A stretch of DNA of 64,000 nt from the human T2T-CHM13v2.0 reference genome, Homo sapiens (GCF_009914755.1 NC_060925.1); one strand, 5' to 3'; counted from the stretch's first letter, positions 28,721-47,065 are shown. Made by a program: numbers and translations. The notes: a model not told the origin generated them from the sequence alone.

Positions 28721-29978
28721 TGACAGCTTCCCTTTTCTGTAGCCTCGCCCTGCCTGGTTCCCAGCCCACCTCTCTTGGTCATTTTCACATGTTCTGTTTT
28801 ACGGGGTTTCCCTTGCTTAATGACTCTCCCCTCCACCGAGTCCTGATGTTAAAAATACCCAGGGAGGCCGCCTGGAACTTTCTGTAGAAATGGTTCTCTG
28901 TCGTTTCCTTGTTCGTGTGGCTAGAGGGATTCCAGTAGGTCTTCTTGAGAGATATGTTTGATGTCAGATGCTTTGAACAATATCAGGTTTATTCTCACCC
29001 TGCCACGTTTTCCTTCTCAGCCTCATCTGTCACTACTCACACAAAGGCAAAGGGACTGAGTGAGCAGAGCCCAGCAGCACTCATCTCCACAACCTCCAGT
29101 TGGAGCCCACTTGGGGGAGGAATGGAGAAGGAAAGAGATCAGGGCACCACACTGCTCAGGCTTTATTGAGGCCAGGCAACAGTTGGCTTTTAGGTCAGAT
29201 TTTGGAGATGGCCTGTGAAACTGCGTTTTCTTCCAGTCCTTCCCCCAAACACACTTTAAAATGAAGCCCCATTCAAGGAAAGGGTAAGGATAAGAGACCA
29301 TGTATTGAGACAAAGACTTCGTTTCTGTTTTTTAGTGGGTGGGAGGGTAGGGAGACTATTCCAGCGGTGTCTCTATAACAGATACGCTTCCATCTGTGGG
29401 ATTTAGCTTTGGAGAATTGGGGTGGGGCCAAATGAGCGCTCTGACTCCTGAGAGAGTGAAGACCGTACAAACACAGAAGGTAAATTTGGGGCTTATGCAA
29501 AAGACTTGGGTGCTTTTAGTTGATTGCTAAGCTCAACAGGAGTGAATGGTATAATGTGAATATTAAAGAAGGAGCAAATTGAAGCTTAGGGTTTGTTGAC
29601 AGAAGAAGTAGGCTGTCTAGATTCTGTTTAGATCAAAAGTGATGATTTTACTTTTGGCTCCTTTCTGCTCCTCTTGGGCCTCTCCGAGAGGGCTGTGCTT
29701 AGTTCTGGGCATCATTAGATAAAATAAGTACAATCAAGAGACAGGAGGGAACTCAAAGCCATGCCTTGAGGGATGGCCAAAGGAAGGACCTGGGACTCCT
29801 GAGTCCGGAGAAATGACGACTGGGAGTGGGGAGGATGTGGTAGCTTCCTTCAAATTTCCGAAGAGCTATTGGTGGTAGAGGGATTGAATCACATTAGAAT
29901 CTCTTAGGAGGACAGAACAACCGATGCAAGCGAGTTGTTGGGAGGCGAGTTATGGCTCAGTGTAAAGAAAAAGCTTTC

Positions 29979-30578
<600 letters not shown>

Positions 30579-30779
30579 GCTTTCTAACAAGTTAGCTGCC
30601 TGGGCAGTATGGGCAGTAAAGAGATTGTTGACCCTGGAGTTACTCAGGCAAAGGCTAGATGACCACTTGATGGTGATGGGAGTGAGTGTATCAGGGCCTT
30701 TTGCTCTCTGCCAGTGTTTTTCACACTTGAAGAAAAAAGTATTATTTATTAAGTTTTAAAAATTTTATATTTACATGTA

Positions 30780-31875
<1,096 letters not shown>

Positions 31876-32172
31876 TTTTTTAACCACTACTCACAATAAG
31901 TAATATATTTACATTGCCACCAAGTACACTTACATATGTAACAAAGTTTCTTGTAACAATACTTAACTTTACTATGTGTTTTGCACTCTGATATTTGCTA
32001 TTCTATTCTTTTTATTTAAAAATAAAATGTTGGCTCTGATTCACTGAATTTATTTCTCCACCTAATGGGTCACAGTTGGAAAAATCCTATAATCACAGAT
32101 TATGGCTGACATCTCAGATCCTTCCTAACTCACAGATCAGATTTGTTCATAAACACTTATTAAAACTTTGAG

Positions 32173-32581
<409 letters not shown>

Positions 32582-33430
32582 TCATCATCTCTAATTTTAA
32601 TAGAGAGACACTAAGGCAGAGATACGCAGTGGCTGCTCTGGGTACACAGTGGATAGGGGATTGAAAGAATAAAAATTAACCATAATTGATAACATTTATT
32701 AAGCTTTAATTGTGTGCTAATCTCTTTGAATACTTAATTCACCTAATCCTTACAACCCTATGAAGTAAATGTTATACTCATTTTTAAGAAAAGGAAATTG
32801 AGCTTCAGAAAGATTAAATAATTTTCCCAGAGTGACACACACAGCTGAGAAAGAAATATAGCCTTGAACCGTTTAATTCCAAAATCTATGCTTTTACTTT
32901 ATTTTAGTAGAGTTTTGTAGGTGACTCAGTTTATGACTTGTTTCTGAAGCTAGCTACTTGCTCAATTTACCCACAAAGGACAAGGTGCTTGATATTTTAG
33001 TTCTCAAAGTTAGATATGCTCTACTCCCAGCTACACATCATCTGCCCCTCTACAGCTCAATGGAAAGGTTCCCCCTACCCGCTGGGGCTGTTACCTGACT
33101 GTTGCCAAACTCACTGGTTAAATCATTTGGACAGAGCATGGTTGGCTCTGGAATAGCAAATTTTCTATGAATATACTGGCATTACAAAAAGCTGATTTGG
33201 TCACCAGCTTTCAGATTTATTTCCGTGAACAGGGCGAGAGTTGTCAAAAGAATAAGCTCATGGAGCTGATGAAGAACTTGATGATGAGGGGAGGTTTTCT
33301 CACCCGGCAGGTCCAGTGTCAACCAGGCAAACAGCTTCTACTGCTCTAAATTTTTAACATCCACCTGTCTGGACTAGCAACTCCCTACACCTTCTGCTTT
33401 AAAGATTATCAGTACTTCAGGATTACTGTT

Positions 33431-34228
<798 letters not shown>

Positions 34229-35747
34229 ATCGTTCAATGCTGAAAAAGTCATTACTAATTATCTTCCCCATTTCAGTGGAAATGTTCTGGTTTCTAGCAT
34301 ATGAGAAAGCTGAGTAAACATCAGGTGAATCATATATGAACCTTATACAACTTCCCCGAACACATAACTCAAGAAAAGAGTGAACTAGAAATGTTTAAGG
34401 GCAAACTATAAGACTGAAGGTTAAAAAAGGAAAGCAAATTAGTCTGTTTTGTTTTGTTTTCTATTCCCCTGCAATTTGATTTAATTTGCTTGCTGTATCT
34501 GTGAAAATTTGGAAAATGGAAGTAACATTCAAGAAAATTAATGATCTGGTTTCAAAATTTAAGAATTTTTTTGACTTTGTTTCTTTTCTGGAGTACAGCC
34601 TTCAAGCAAGACAAGGTGTCCATTTACCACAGCTATATTGTACTTAACAGATCTCCATTGATAGCTTATTTGAATTTGTTTTTCTCTATATAAATGTTTA
34701 GCCTAGAGGAATCAGGGACATTTATTTTTCTCTGAATTTATGGTGAGTTAGTAGAGAGTCCTGTTTACAAAGACATAGTTACAACCAGAGATATATGGCC
34801 ACTGAGGTTAAAGTGGTTAAATGATTTGCTGGCATTCACACAACTAGTATGTGTTGTATGAAGGCCTAGTTAATTCCAATACCTTTACTTATTATGGTGC
34901 TGGTGCTTTGCATGTAACACTTCATATTAGGAAAATGCTTGTTTTCAGAATTCTATTATTGAAACATCTTTGGAAGTTGAATTTCCTGTTTAATATTCAG
35001 CACTGCTAGCAACTAATTATCTGAATTTTAAGAAGGAAATTCTGCCTTGGCAACTCCAGTCTACTTTTAAATGGGCCTATACTTGGATTTCGGCTTGGGG
35101 AATTTGCCAGAATCAATGCTTTCACTCCTACTTGCTTATTTTCCACATACTAGATCAGTCTGGACCTGACTCCCCCAACCCCCATTTTTTCAGCTACATG
35201 CTAAGACTATGTTTAAAATACCTAAAGACTGGGAAGGGGTTGTTTTTGTCTCAGAAAGGATAAGTAACACCTCATGGTGCCCTCCCCATCCTGGGGGGCT
35301 CGCCTGACTGTGGCTGAGGGATCATATTTTCAAGGCTAAGTGGAGCATCCATCCATTCAGTGGATGCCCCAGGACACTACTTCTATTGAAATCTACCCCA
35401 TTTTGTAAATAAAATTCCAAACTGGGCTCAGAACATTCCACAAGTTGTCTCTGGCAAAAATTCAAATAGCATTTAAAGTTAGAAGAAAGTCCAGAATACA
35501 AGAGATGTCATATTGACCCAAGGTGGCTCTATGTGATTCTATTTTAAAACACTCAAATGCACTGAGGACTTGTTTTCCTCTGCCTCAGAGCATTTTCTGA
35601 GTTCTGTGGCCAGCAAGACAAGCATGATCTGAATTTCTTTTTTCTGAATGCTTATGGCTAAAGTGCTAAATTAGTCATAGACTATTTATAATGAATTGTA
35701 TAATAATACTGTTTTATTTTCATAGCAGTTTCACAGCCTGTGATTCA

Positions 35748-36289
<542 letters not shown>

Positions 36290-39200
36290 CTAGCATTTCA
36301 CACAATTTAAGAATGAATTTATTTTCCACTTCATAATGTGGTATATTATCATTCATAATGTAGAATAACATGCTGTGGATTTACAGTGTCTTTTAAATCA
36401 TTACGCCTAACCCAAAGGATGTAGACTTCCAATTTTTAACTATTATAAATAATACTTGATAAATGTCTAGGTGCATAAAGCATCTTCTTCCACAGCATTA
36501 TTTTTTGAATGAGAGATGTTCAGAAGTAGAATAACTACGTCAACATTTCCAGTTCTTGAAAGTACACTGCAAATTACTTAAAGTTATAGTCCCATAAGAA
36601 GGATATTGCATTCAATTTAAATATCTTTTTCAAGACCTGAATCCCTGTATTGTAAAGGGGAAAACTGAGGCACACTGACATTAAAGTGGCATAACCTAGG
36701 TGAATCAATAGCAACATTTCCAACTTTTACCCTTCTCTGGGGTAAAATGCTTCACTGTTGCTGTTAATCTCTATTACTATCCTGAAACGTTTCCTGAAAT
36801 GATAATAAACAGAAAATTTTAACATAAGAAAGTAAAAGATAGGTGTAAATTACATCAAAACTATGTATACCTATTAGGATGTCTATTACAAGGACAGAGA
36901 AAAGAGAAAATAGATGCCGTGTTTGGTTAGGGGATTATGGGCAACATCCTTTATATGCTGCTTTTAAACTAAGTCAACATAGGTTTTTATTGCAGGAAGA
37001 AGTTCACATTTGTGTCTACCAAATGACAACATGTAAAGTTTGGAATTGAGTTGGTTTTAGGTTTTTCTGTGTATCACTTGGAGGTTTTCTGTGTATAACT
37101 TTCTTGTATTACTTGGAGATTTTCAGGTTATTGGCACCACAGGAGCAGCATTATTGCCAGCAGACCCGGGGAGCTGGTTGGAGAGTCATTGCGACTTAAT
37201 TTACCCTGAGCTAAAATTATTATGAGTGGGCCTTAATATACCAGTTGTTCCCACCTACACATCTAGCCTTGCCTTTGCTGGGATAAATTTGTATACCCTT
37301 CAGAGGTTAGATTCAGAAGTACCTCCTTTAGGAATTATTTTTAGAACCTAGATCTGGGTGTAGCCAGAACACGCTCTGCCTACTCTGTTGTAGCATGTAG
37401 CTAGTTGGTTAACTTGATATTTTCCATACTCCAAGTTTATCGGCAGAATGAAACGTTTTTGTCTATAAGTCTTCAGCATCTAACATTGCCTCTAGCACTT
37501 AGAAGGTCATCTATTAAGAGCTTTCCAGAGAACATTCCCCAAAAGGCCGATGGGAATATCTGTTTGGTGGGTGTCTCCTTATTGTAGAATGGATACAACA
37601 GGTTATCAAACTTGACACCATTATACATTCAGATTGTATTTATCATTGTTTAAGAAATATGTGTCTTGTTTCCTCAGTTACGGGAAAAGAAAAAAAAAGA
37701 AATACGCATCAAATTCCTATGATCTAGACTTCTTTAATGCTGGACAGACGATAGTGAATGATCTAAAAACCCTCCCTTCCAGAGACTGACATTCTAGAGG
37801 GGTCACTAGGCATGGACATACATCACTGTTATACCTTGACCTGACATAGCCTTAACTCGAATTCACTTCAGTATGCTATCAGCACAGCCATCTTTTGTAG
37901 CTCATCTTTCTTCCAGATTTTCCACCCTTAGGATCCTTAATGCTGAAATTATACTTCTTGACCACAGGTCAAGTCCCCCACTTCCTCGTTCTTTCTGAAT
38001 GTTGTTTACTGCGTCATGTATTCCAGTTCCTCAACTCTCTGTATCTTCCAGGCCATCTGCTGTTTATTCACCTCCATACTGAACCTAGACGTCAGAGTCA
38101 GCTCTTTGAATCGTGTTCTCAACGCTGCTTTAGAATCTCTAACTGCCTTAACCATCTCCCGGCTTGGTAACCCTTAGTCAATTTTATTTTAAAATCCTAG
38201 AGGATTCTATGAGTGTTGTTTTAGTATGTTATAAAACCGCACTGAGAAGAAAGACTCTAGATTCATTCTTGCTAATCCTCAACAGGTCTATAATGCTGCT
38301 GAGAAATTCTCCTCCTCCTCCCACCTGCCTCTTTCTCCTGCTCCTCCTTCCCTGACTCTTTCTCTTCCTCTAAAAATATATTCCTCACAACCTTTGATTT
38401 CCGTAGTGTAAATAAAAGCAAGATGCAGAACTGTTATATTCAATATTATTTCCATTTGCAGAATTCACACAGGCAAATAAACTGAAGAACAACTAAATAC
38501 ATAAAAATCTTTATCAATGTTGCCTTCAGGTGGTAGAATTTTAAAAATTATTTTTATGTTTCTCTGTACACTTTTCTCTTTTCCAAAATTTCTACGAGGC
38601 ATGTACTTCTTTTAAAATCATCAAAAATAGACATTGTAAAGAAAAGAAACTGAAAGATTATGTGAATATAAAAGTAGGTGGAAAGGGGAAAAAATCACCT
38701 GTTTCTTAACATTCAGTCTAGGGCTCTAGAAAGATTGAGCCAACTGCAATATACTCCAGTGCCTTGTGGATATTAGTTGTTAATGAAAACTGAGGATTGT
38801 AGGGTGCATTGCCAGGACCAAAAGCAAAATGCAAAAGGTAAGTTTCAGAGGTGGGTGGAGAGACCATACACCATCCCTGGGGTAATGTGACTGAATCCAA
38901 AGCAGGTTATTTTCATGTCTTCTTTTGAAAGAGTGATACCTATGTCTTGGCTGATGCAGGGGAGGTAGAGGAAAATTTATTAGATATTTGGATATGTGAT
39001 GACCTCAGAAGGTAAAGTGAGGAAAAATAACTACTTACTTATTAAGGGGTTTCTCTGAACCTTGATGATAGCATCAAGAAAGTAATGTTAGTTTCCTTAT
39101 TTTCTTTAGGATGAAGACTTAGTGCTGGACCAAAAACAAAACAAAACAAAGATCCCGAAACTTAAAGAAATTGTTGTGGATGCACGATGATTTTGTAGCT

Positions 39201-42200
39201 CACTGTAGCTATTGGGGACTTAGCACTCCAGAAAACAGCCTCTCAGAGTGATGGTCACTGTCAGTGAATAGACTTTGAGTGAAGGGTGTAATTGCAGCCT
39301 ATACTGGAATAAAGTGGATGTTTCTGTATCGGTGCCAAGTCGGCCCACACTTAGTCAGCATGCAGAAGGAGGCTCACCGTGATGCTCTCTCTCCTCTGGG
39401 AGCTTTGCCAATTAAGCATCCTCACTTGCAGAGGTTATAATGACAGATCTTGAGATGAGAAAAAATGATAATTTCACTGTATTATATAATAGTCTTAACG
39501 TTCTGCATCTGGGGCTTTTACCCTATTTGCATTTGAATATGTGTTTTTACAATTCGGGTGCCACATTGTGGGAGGGTATTTGGCAACATTTGGAACATAG
39601 AAAATATAACCAGTGTCTCTCCTTGGCAAGAGGAAAAAAAAACATCTGAGAAGTCTCAGAGCTTGTTCACTAATGCCTTTTCCACTTTGATTGTTTCTGT
39701 TTCCACCACCTTTCCCGCGTTTCAGTTTATTCCCTTGGGTAGGGACAATGCCAAGTGTTATCACGGGAGGGGTTGGAGAAAGATGTAAATATTCTGAAAA
39801 AAGTGGGTTAGAGATAGAGAAGTATAAAATGATGGATGACTCACTTTTCACGATAGGACCTATATAAAAAGTCACACTAGCCACTTCCGTTTTGGGATTT
39901 TAATTATTTTGTCACATGGCATCTGTTACACCAGTACTCAAATACTCAAGTGTAAGCTGTGCCCATCAGGGATAAGTTGATAGTCTAAGAAACAAATTTG
40001 TGTCAGGGTTTGAGACAAAATTCCCATCTCATTAGCACAGCAAACCGTCCACCCTTCCTTTCGCCTCAGCTTCTCAGGGGTGAGTTCCCTGGAGTCAAGG
40101 CAGGTACAAAGGAGGTTCCCTGTAAATGTGTGGTTAGAAATAGGGCATATTGGGAAGAGTAAAAGTTTGGAGTCAAATAGACAGTTTTCAAGTTCAGGCT
40201 CTGACACCAACTAGCTGTGCGATCTTGGGCAAATTACTTTATCCTTCCAGGCCCCTTGTTTCCTCATCTGTAAACAGGGATTGTATGACGTACTTCACAG
40301 GATTCTATGATGACTGAATGAACTGATGCCTAGAAAGTATCAGGCATTCAGTAAATTGCAGAGGCAGCATTGGTGGTGAGTGGTGATGGTTGTCCATGAT
40401 AATAATATGTTCATTTAATACAAGATTAGTATTGAGGAAAATTCCAGTGCAAGAAAACCTGTGGAATTATAAAATTATGCACCAGCAGTCCAGAAATTGT
40501 TAACTGTAGATGTCTTTGTTTTTAAGTTGACACTATTTCTAAAATCTTACCATTTATAAACTGTCAGGGCCAGAGCTTCCCATATTAAAAAATAGGCCAC
40601 AGTTCTTCTCATTCTGACCCTTTTGTGTTTGCCACAGTTGAATATAGCTGTAAATTAAAAATAGGAAAGATGCATCTTGGAACGTTTGAAAAATTTATTT
40701 CATTTGAAACAGAAACCAGCAACTCATGTTAAATGAGCTCCAAGAATATGGGAATTGGAACAGAATCTGCATTTGGTTCAATGCCTACTCCTGTGAGGAC
40801 CCCAAGAAAGAGCAAACTTCAGCAGTCTTGCTGTCATGCCACATGCCCCTCACTGTTTGAGAGGCCACACCGAGCCGAATCCTTTCCATAGTTCATCTTT
40901 TATCAAGGTCATTAATTAGGAAGAGCAATGTAAATTCAATAAAAATAGATTATTCAAACTTTTTAAAAATAAGAATTAGCCTTTTGGCAAAAATAGTAAG
41001 AAAAAAAGGGGGAGGATGCTCAGTATATTTTCCGCCACTCTAAACCTCCAGACTTTTCATTTCTCTGGGTTCTTTTCTAGTTTGTTTCTATGGGTATTTT
41101 CACAATAGTGCAAATCTTAGCCCCTTTCTTGCTGACATTATTTTAAATCATTTTGGGGGCTTCTAAGCTATAGTGTTTGAGGAGGGAGGTGCAAATGAAG
41201 AAACATTTTCACCCTTGGCTTCCCTTCATATTCCCACCTGAGGGTGAGCGCTTGGGGAGGAAGGCTTGAGGAGGGGGAAAGGTAAACAGGAAGTTGGAAG
41301 ATGTCCTAGGAGGCAGTTTAGGGCTCCTCAGGGTGGGGGGAAGATGGAGCGGGGTGGTTGGGAAGGGGAAAACAAAATGAAAGCCCCCTGAACACACCGT
41401 TCATTTTCCTATAATTGGGTCTTTGTTATGTTTCCTTGTGTATTTACACCCATCCTTTAAGACCTAGATTCAGTGTTATCTGTTTTCTGTAAATGTCCTA
41501 GACCCCTCCGCCAACCACCCTGTCCCAGCCCACTCCCCACCAGGACAAAATTAATTGCTATCTTATTTATGTTCTGAAATCTCTGTTAAATCTAATTTTT
41601 CTAATAATTATCTCTCTGAATCATGTGCCTGCTTCCCTCAATAGATTCTGAGTACTTTAACCACAGGGTATATATACTTTTTCACCTTTGTATTTCCAGT
41701 ACCTGGCATAAAAGCAACTTCTCAATAAATGTTTACAAAATGGAATTATAAAAACCCTAAAAATAGCAATGAAGGCCCAGGTTTTCGCTCTAGGTATTGC
41801 TATAGCAGATTGTTTTTTCTCCTTCTGAATTTTTGTTCATAATAATAAAATATATATATATATATATAAAGAAGCTTGAAAGCTAGAAAATGCCTCTGGG
41901 AGATGGCCCTGGTCTTCAGGCTTAGAAATGTTAAGCAAGGGTGGTGGTTAGTGATGAAGTAGGAGGGCCAGACTATGTGGTTCTCAGAACAAACTAAATA
42001 CATGTGATTGGCCTGAAGAGAGGGCCTGAAAATCACCATTCCTTTGGGAGTTTAGACACTCATATGGGAATAAATAACCTTAGGTTAATTATTTTAGTAG
42101 GTGAGACTGGAGAGAAGAAAGTATGGAGCCTAGACAGGCATCAGTACCTTAGAAATAGTTTTAGTGGTGATTTTGGTCCTAGAATACAAATATCTCATAC

Positions 42201-43238
42201 TGTTCAAAGACTCATAGAACCTGCTTTGTAATGATGATTACCATCTTGTCATTGCTTTTGAATGAGATGATTCATTCATATGATCTGTTGTTCCTCTCAG
42301 TCCACAAATTAGACAGACTAAAATACAAGAAAATAATACCAGAAATAACAGTTTACGGAGGAAGGTCTATACCTGCCTTATAGAAAATATCTCTCTCTGC
42401 AGGCTCCTAAGCAAGAAGAAACCCAAGTGTCTACCCCTCCCCACAATGTTATGAGAAACTAGACTAGTGGGACCAATGAGATGCTTGAATCTTGAAAGGA
42501 GCTATATCAGTGGCCAGTTTCAAGTAAAGCAAAACTGAGTGTTTTGGATAACCCTGGCCATAAATGAAACTACCATTCTTAGAAAATTACTGGAAGAAAT
42601 CATCACAGGACAGTTTGAGAATGTCAGAATATCAGGGGGTGGCAGATGGCCTTCAGAGAAGCAATTATTTCCTGATCATTCTCAACATAATCACCCTGGA
42701 AAGCCATAGAAAAACCAAGTAATATGGGATATTGAATGTTGATGTATTATTTGAGTCTAATATCTTAATAGCTACTTATCAGCAACTCAAGAAAATATGA
42801 GTGATATACCATGCAGAAATCAAGCAGGTGAACAGCTTGTGAGTAGGTTGTACTTGGAAAATGCTTGGTACTTCCAAAAGCAAAATAATGTCCTGGTGAG
42901 AATATTAATATATGTGGTTTTAGTGGAATTGGTATTGTCATTAGCAGATTGATGACGTAGGGAGAAAGACAAGGTAAGACACTGAGGAAAAATATAGTTC
43001 ATTTATACAGAAAAAGCAAAATTTTAAGTGAAAGCATCATGGGAGAAAGATTATATATGGAAATGCAGGAGAGCTAAAAGTGGCCTGGTGAACCACATAT
43101 TAGCTGAGCATGAGTCATTCATGGATTGATATTTTAAAAAGCTAGAGACACTTGAATTTGAGAAACTAGGACAAGGATATAAAATTTTTTTCTGAACTTG
43201 GGTAATACGAAAGAATGTACCAACATATATTACCACTT

Positions 43239-43279
43239 TGTGTGTGTGTGTGTGTATGTGTGTGTGTGTGTGTGTGTGT
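43239..43279 (+). repeat. (TG)n microsatellite
   Basis: Direct reading. Confidence 0.95.
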
Positions 43280-44019
43280 CCATGCTTGGAGTCTGTCTCT
43301 ACCATACCCCAATTCTCCTTGCACTTTGGTTTATCAAATGTTGTCACAAATTGCAACCCCTTAGACTTATACTCTGTGTTTCCTCACTCTGAGCCCCTTC
43401 CCTTGGGGAGCGTCAGATTCCTTTGTAACTTGTGGAGCAGCTGAGTGAGCCCCTTTCTCTGGCAATAAGAGAGGGAACTTGAGCTGTTAATAGAGCTAAA
43501 GTGATTTCTTAAAAATCTCCTGAGACACTGCGAGTATGCTTATTAACTCAGTACCCATCTAAAGTGACCTCTCTATCCTTCCAGTTATTGATTCATATCA
43601 GGCAGGCAGTGTGCTCAGAGTGGGTGTGGGTGATGCGGGAAGGGTGAGGTGTCTGGTAGGGCTGATATGTATTGCTGTGTTGTAGCTTGCTCTTGACCTA
43701 TAATGTGCAATCTGCAGAGCAGAGAAGATTGAGTGAGATCATGTCTGGAAGGTATCCTGGATCCTTGGACAGTATTAAAATGGGTTTTATGTTTAAGCAT
43801 CTATTAGAATAGAGTTGCATAATTACTGCAAGGAACCTTAGAAAGTCATGTCCTTCTTTTATAAATATTAGAGAAAACTAATGCCCAGAGAGGTGAAAGT
43901 GACATGCAAGCCAATATAGTAGCTTGTTGCCACAAATTAATTAATTGTGTGTGAAGCCAATGGGTTTCTCAAGACTGTGTCTTAATAAAGCAGAAATGAA
44001 ATTCTGTCTGCACTTGGTC

Positions 44020-44305
44020 TATACTGGGGTAACAGCATCAGAAACCTGCAAGATGCCAGGCAAGTATCATAATTAAGTGAATGAGGGACGACAAGGACAG
44101 GGAGTGGCAGGGACTGTGGCAAACTGGAAAACACATCCCTGTCCTGTGTAAAGGGGGCAAGTTCTCCCGCTGTGTGGGAAGGCAGGCCCAGTGTTGGCAG
44201 ACCCACTCATTTCCCAAGAGCAGTTAGAAGTGGGTCAAACTTGTGTGGGCTAAATAAAACATGTCGGATGGGCTGAATTTGGCCCGAGGGTTGACCTTGC
44301 TCCTG
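44020..44305 (+). mobile_element. MER102-like hAT fragment
   Basis: 3' end ataaaacatgtcggatgggctgaatttggcccgaggg resembles the MER102 terminus. Confidence 0.5.
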
Positions 44306-44784
44306 ACAGCAGATGCAGCCACCTTTGTCTGTGGACTAGGCAGAAATGCTCAGTGAATAGCAGCAGCTAAGTATAAATTTTTTCCCCACAGATTTTTTTA
44401 AGACATTGTTCTGGTTGATGGTTTTGACATCCTTCTCCTATTTTACCTCCACAGAGGGGAGTGCATACGTAGTACATTCCTCTTTGGCATTGTTTACTCT
44501 CAGGGAAAGCTTTTAAGGAGGAGAAGGGAAAGAGGCAGGGGGCCTGGAAGAATCACAAGCTGGTGATCTACTTTTGGATACGAAATAATTGTCAGGTGGC
44601 ATGTGTAGCCCGATGTGCCCTGTCTGGTATTTTCATGTCCATCTGGGACTTAACAAAGTGAAGATTTCTGCCAAGATCCAGCCCTGAGGCAGGGAAGAAA
44701 AAACCACCAATTTCCAAGCAAATGCCAGGTCCTCCTCTGCCTCCCTGTGAATATCTTCTGGCTTTTAAAAAGAGAAGTCCTGTA

Positions 44785-45081
44785 GGCTGGGCGCAGTGGC
44801 TCATGCCTGTAACCTCTGCACTTTGGGAGGCCGAGGCGGGCGGATCACCTGAGGTCAGGAGTTCGAGACCAGCCTGACCAACACGGAGAAACCCCGCCTC
44901 TACTAAAAATACAAAATTAGCCGGGCATGGTGGCAGGCACCTGTAATCCCAGCTACTGGGGAGGCTGGGGCAGGAGAATCGCTTGAACCTGGGAGGCGGA
45001 GGTTGTGGTGAGCCGAGATCGTGCCATGCACTCCAGCCTGGGCAACAAAAGCAAAACTCTGTCTCAAAAAAAAAAAAAAAA
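44785..45081 (+). mobile_element. AluSp/Sq-like
   Basis: TSD agagaagtcct. Confidence 0.92.
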
Positions 45082-45259
45082 AGAGAGAAAGAGAGAAGTC
45101 CTCTACATCTCTGTTTACAGAATTCTTGGGAGCCCCCAAGAGTTTAAAGAATAAGCTACCTATTGAAAGCATCTTTCTGTAGGGTTATTGAAATCATCTG
45201 TTTCTGACATCCCCATCAGACAGTCAGTTGTCAAGACAGTAGACAGTCCCCCTTTAAAA

Positions 45260-46570
45260 CATTAGTCACTGAGTCCGTCTTTCTTTTTGATTCACAAGAC
45301 TCTAGTGGCTAAATGCCTCTCCATGTCTTGAAAGGCTTCAAACAGTCTGCGCCCCCTGCCCAGTCTTCCCATTACTTCCCTGACCTCACCTCCTACTGCT
45401 CACCACGTGCTCACTGCACCCAGCCACTAACTAGCATGCTCCCTCTTATGGGCCTTTGCATTTTATGTTCTCTGCTTAGAAGACTCTTTCCCTAGAGACC
45501 CCCATGCCTGTCCTTATGGCTTCATAGAGCAGCCTTGTCTACTGAAAATTGCAATCCCCTCTACCTCCTCCTACCTCCAGCTCTCCCTATCCACATTCCC
45601 CACTTTACTTTTTTTTATAGCACTTGTTCCCAACTGCTACTATACAATTTATTTATTTGTCTCCCCTTACTGTAAAAATTCCATGAGTGCAGGGATTTTT
45701 GTCTGTTTTGCTCACTGCTACATTTGTGGAGCTTACAACAGTGCCTAAAAGCACTTGTCAAGCATGGGCTTGAGAAGTATTTGTTGAATACATTTTGAGA
45801 TACTGTCCCCTCTCTGCTAGGGATGGTGGTATTTACTATGCTGAACAGATACACCTCTTGCTACTGAATCATGGTGTTATTAACATTTCCACTCATAAAC
45901 TTTGTCTGTTTTTCAAGGTTTCTGTGTCAATTCTACTTTCTAAACATATCTCAAATTTTTAAAATTTCCCCTTTGTTAAACCATCACAACTTCCTATTTG
46001 GAATATAGATTCTCACCATCCATTTTTGCCCCTCCACAGTCTCACTGTGTAGAGCCAGAATGCAGCTGGAATGACCTATCTAAAATATAAATCTGATCAT
46101 TACCATTCTTTCCTTAATTTAAAATCCTTCATTGATTTCCCATAGCTTTTCACATTAGACTCAGTGGCCTTACCCCATACCACAAGGTCCTGCGTGGCCT
46201 GGTTGCAACATTGGCTTTCTTTGTTCCTCTAACAGGCCAGAGTCCTTTCTGACTCAGGGCCTTTGCTGTTCTCTCATGATGGAACACTCTTCCACTCCCA
46301 TTCTCCCATTCTACACCTGGTTGACATCCTCCCATCTACGTTTAAATGTTCCTTTCCCTGAGTTTCTCTGAGTCCCTGTGCTAGTTAAGTTCCCTCTGCA
46401 TTTTCCTTCACAACATTTACTACAATAGTAGTTAATTCTTGTGAAATTATTTAATGGCTGGCTCTCATGTACTTATTGAGAATAGGAACTCTTCTGTGGT
46501 GTTTGCCTTTGTATCCCTAGCACTTGACACGGTCCCTGATACATAATAGAAGCTTAGTAAATACTTGCAG
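45260..46570 (+). mobile_element. L2 fragments
   Basis: L2 3'-end motifs (cagggatttttgtctgttttgctcactgct ... tatttgttgaat; ccctagcacttgacacggtccctgatacataataagaagcttagtaaatacttg). Confidence 0.6.
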
Positions 46571-46677
46571 AGAGATAAATAGAAATGACAAATAGGTAGG
46601 TGTCTTCTCCTCGATCCCTGGGATGGGAGCCTTGTGGGGTAGTATCTCATTAATTAATGATGTGTTTGCCTCCACAG

Positions 46678-46733
46678 AGATTATTTTGCAGAGGATGATG
46701 GGGAGATGGTACCCAGAACGAGTCACACAGCAG
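46678..46733 (+). CDS. PDE4DIP: PDE4DIP coding exon (56 nt; R-DYFAEDDGEMVPRTSHTA-A)
   Basis: Acceptor tttgcctccacag|A and donor CAG|gtaagg; phase 2 in, phase 1 out; open frame continuous with both neighbouring exons. Confidence 0.93.
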
Positions 46734-46763
46734 GTAAGGATGCTGTGGGCCTTGCCTTGTTAA

Positions 46764-47065
<302 letters not shown>

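Noticed and set aside
28143-28887. Overlapping 80-181 aa ORFs on both strands in the CpG island
   Set aside because: Stop-poor GC-rich DNA with mostly non-ATG starts and no recognisable domains; the real CDS here is the 20-nt spliced segment.
37059-37124. Imperfect ~22-bp tandem duplication (similar case at 13848-13889)
   Set aside because: Ordinary small slippage duplications with no sign of function.
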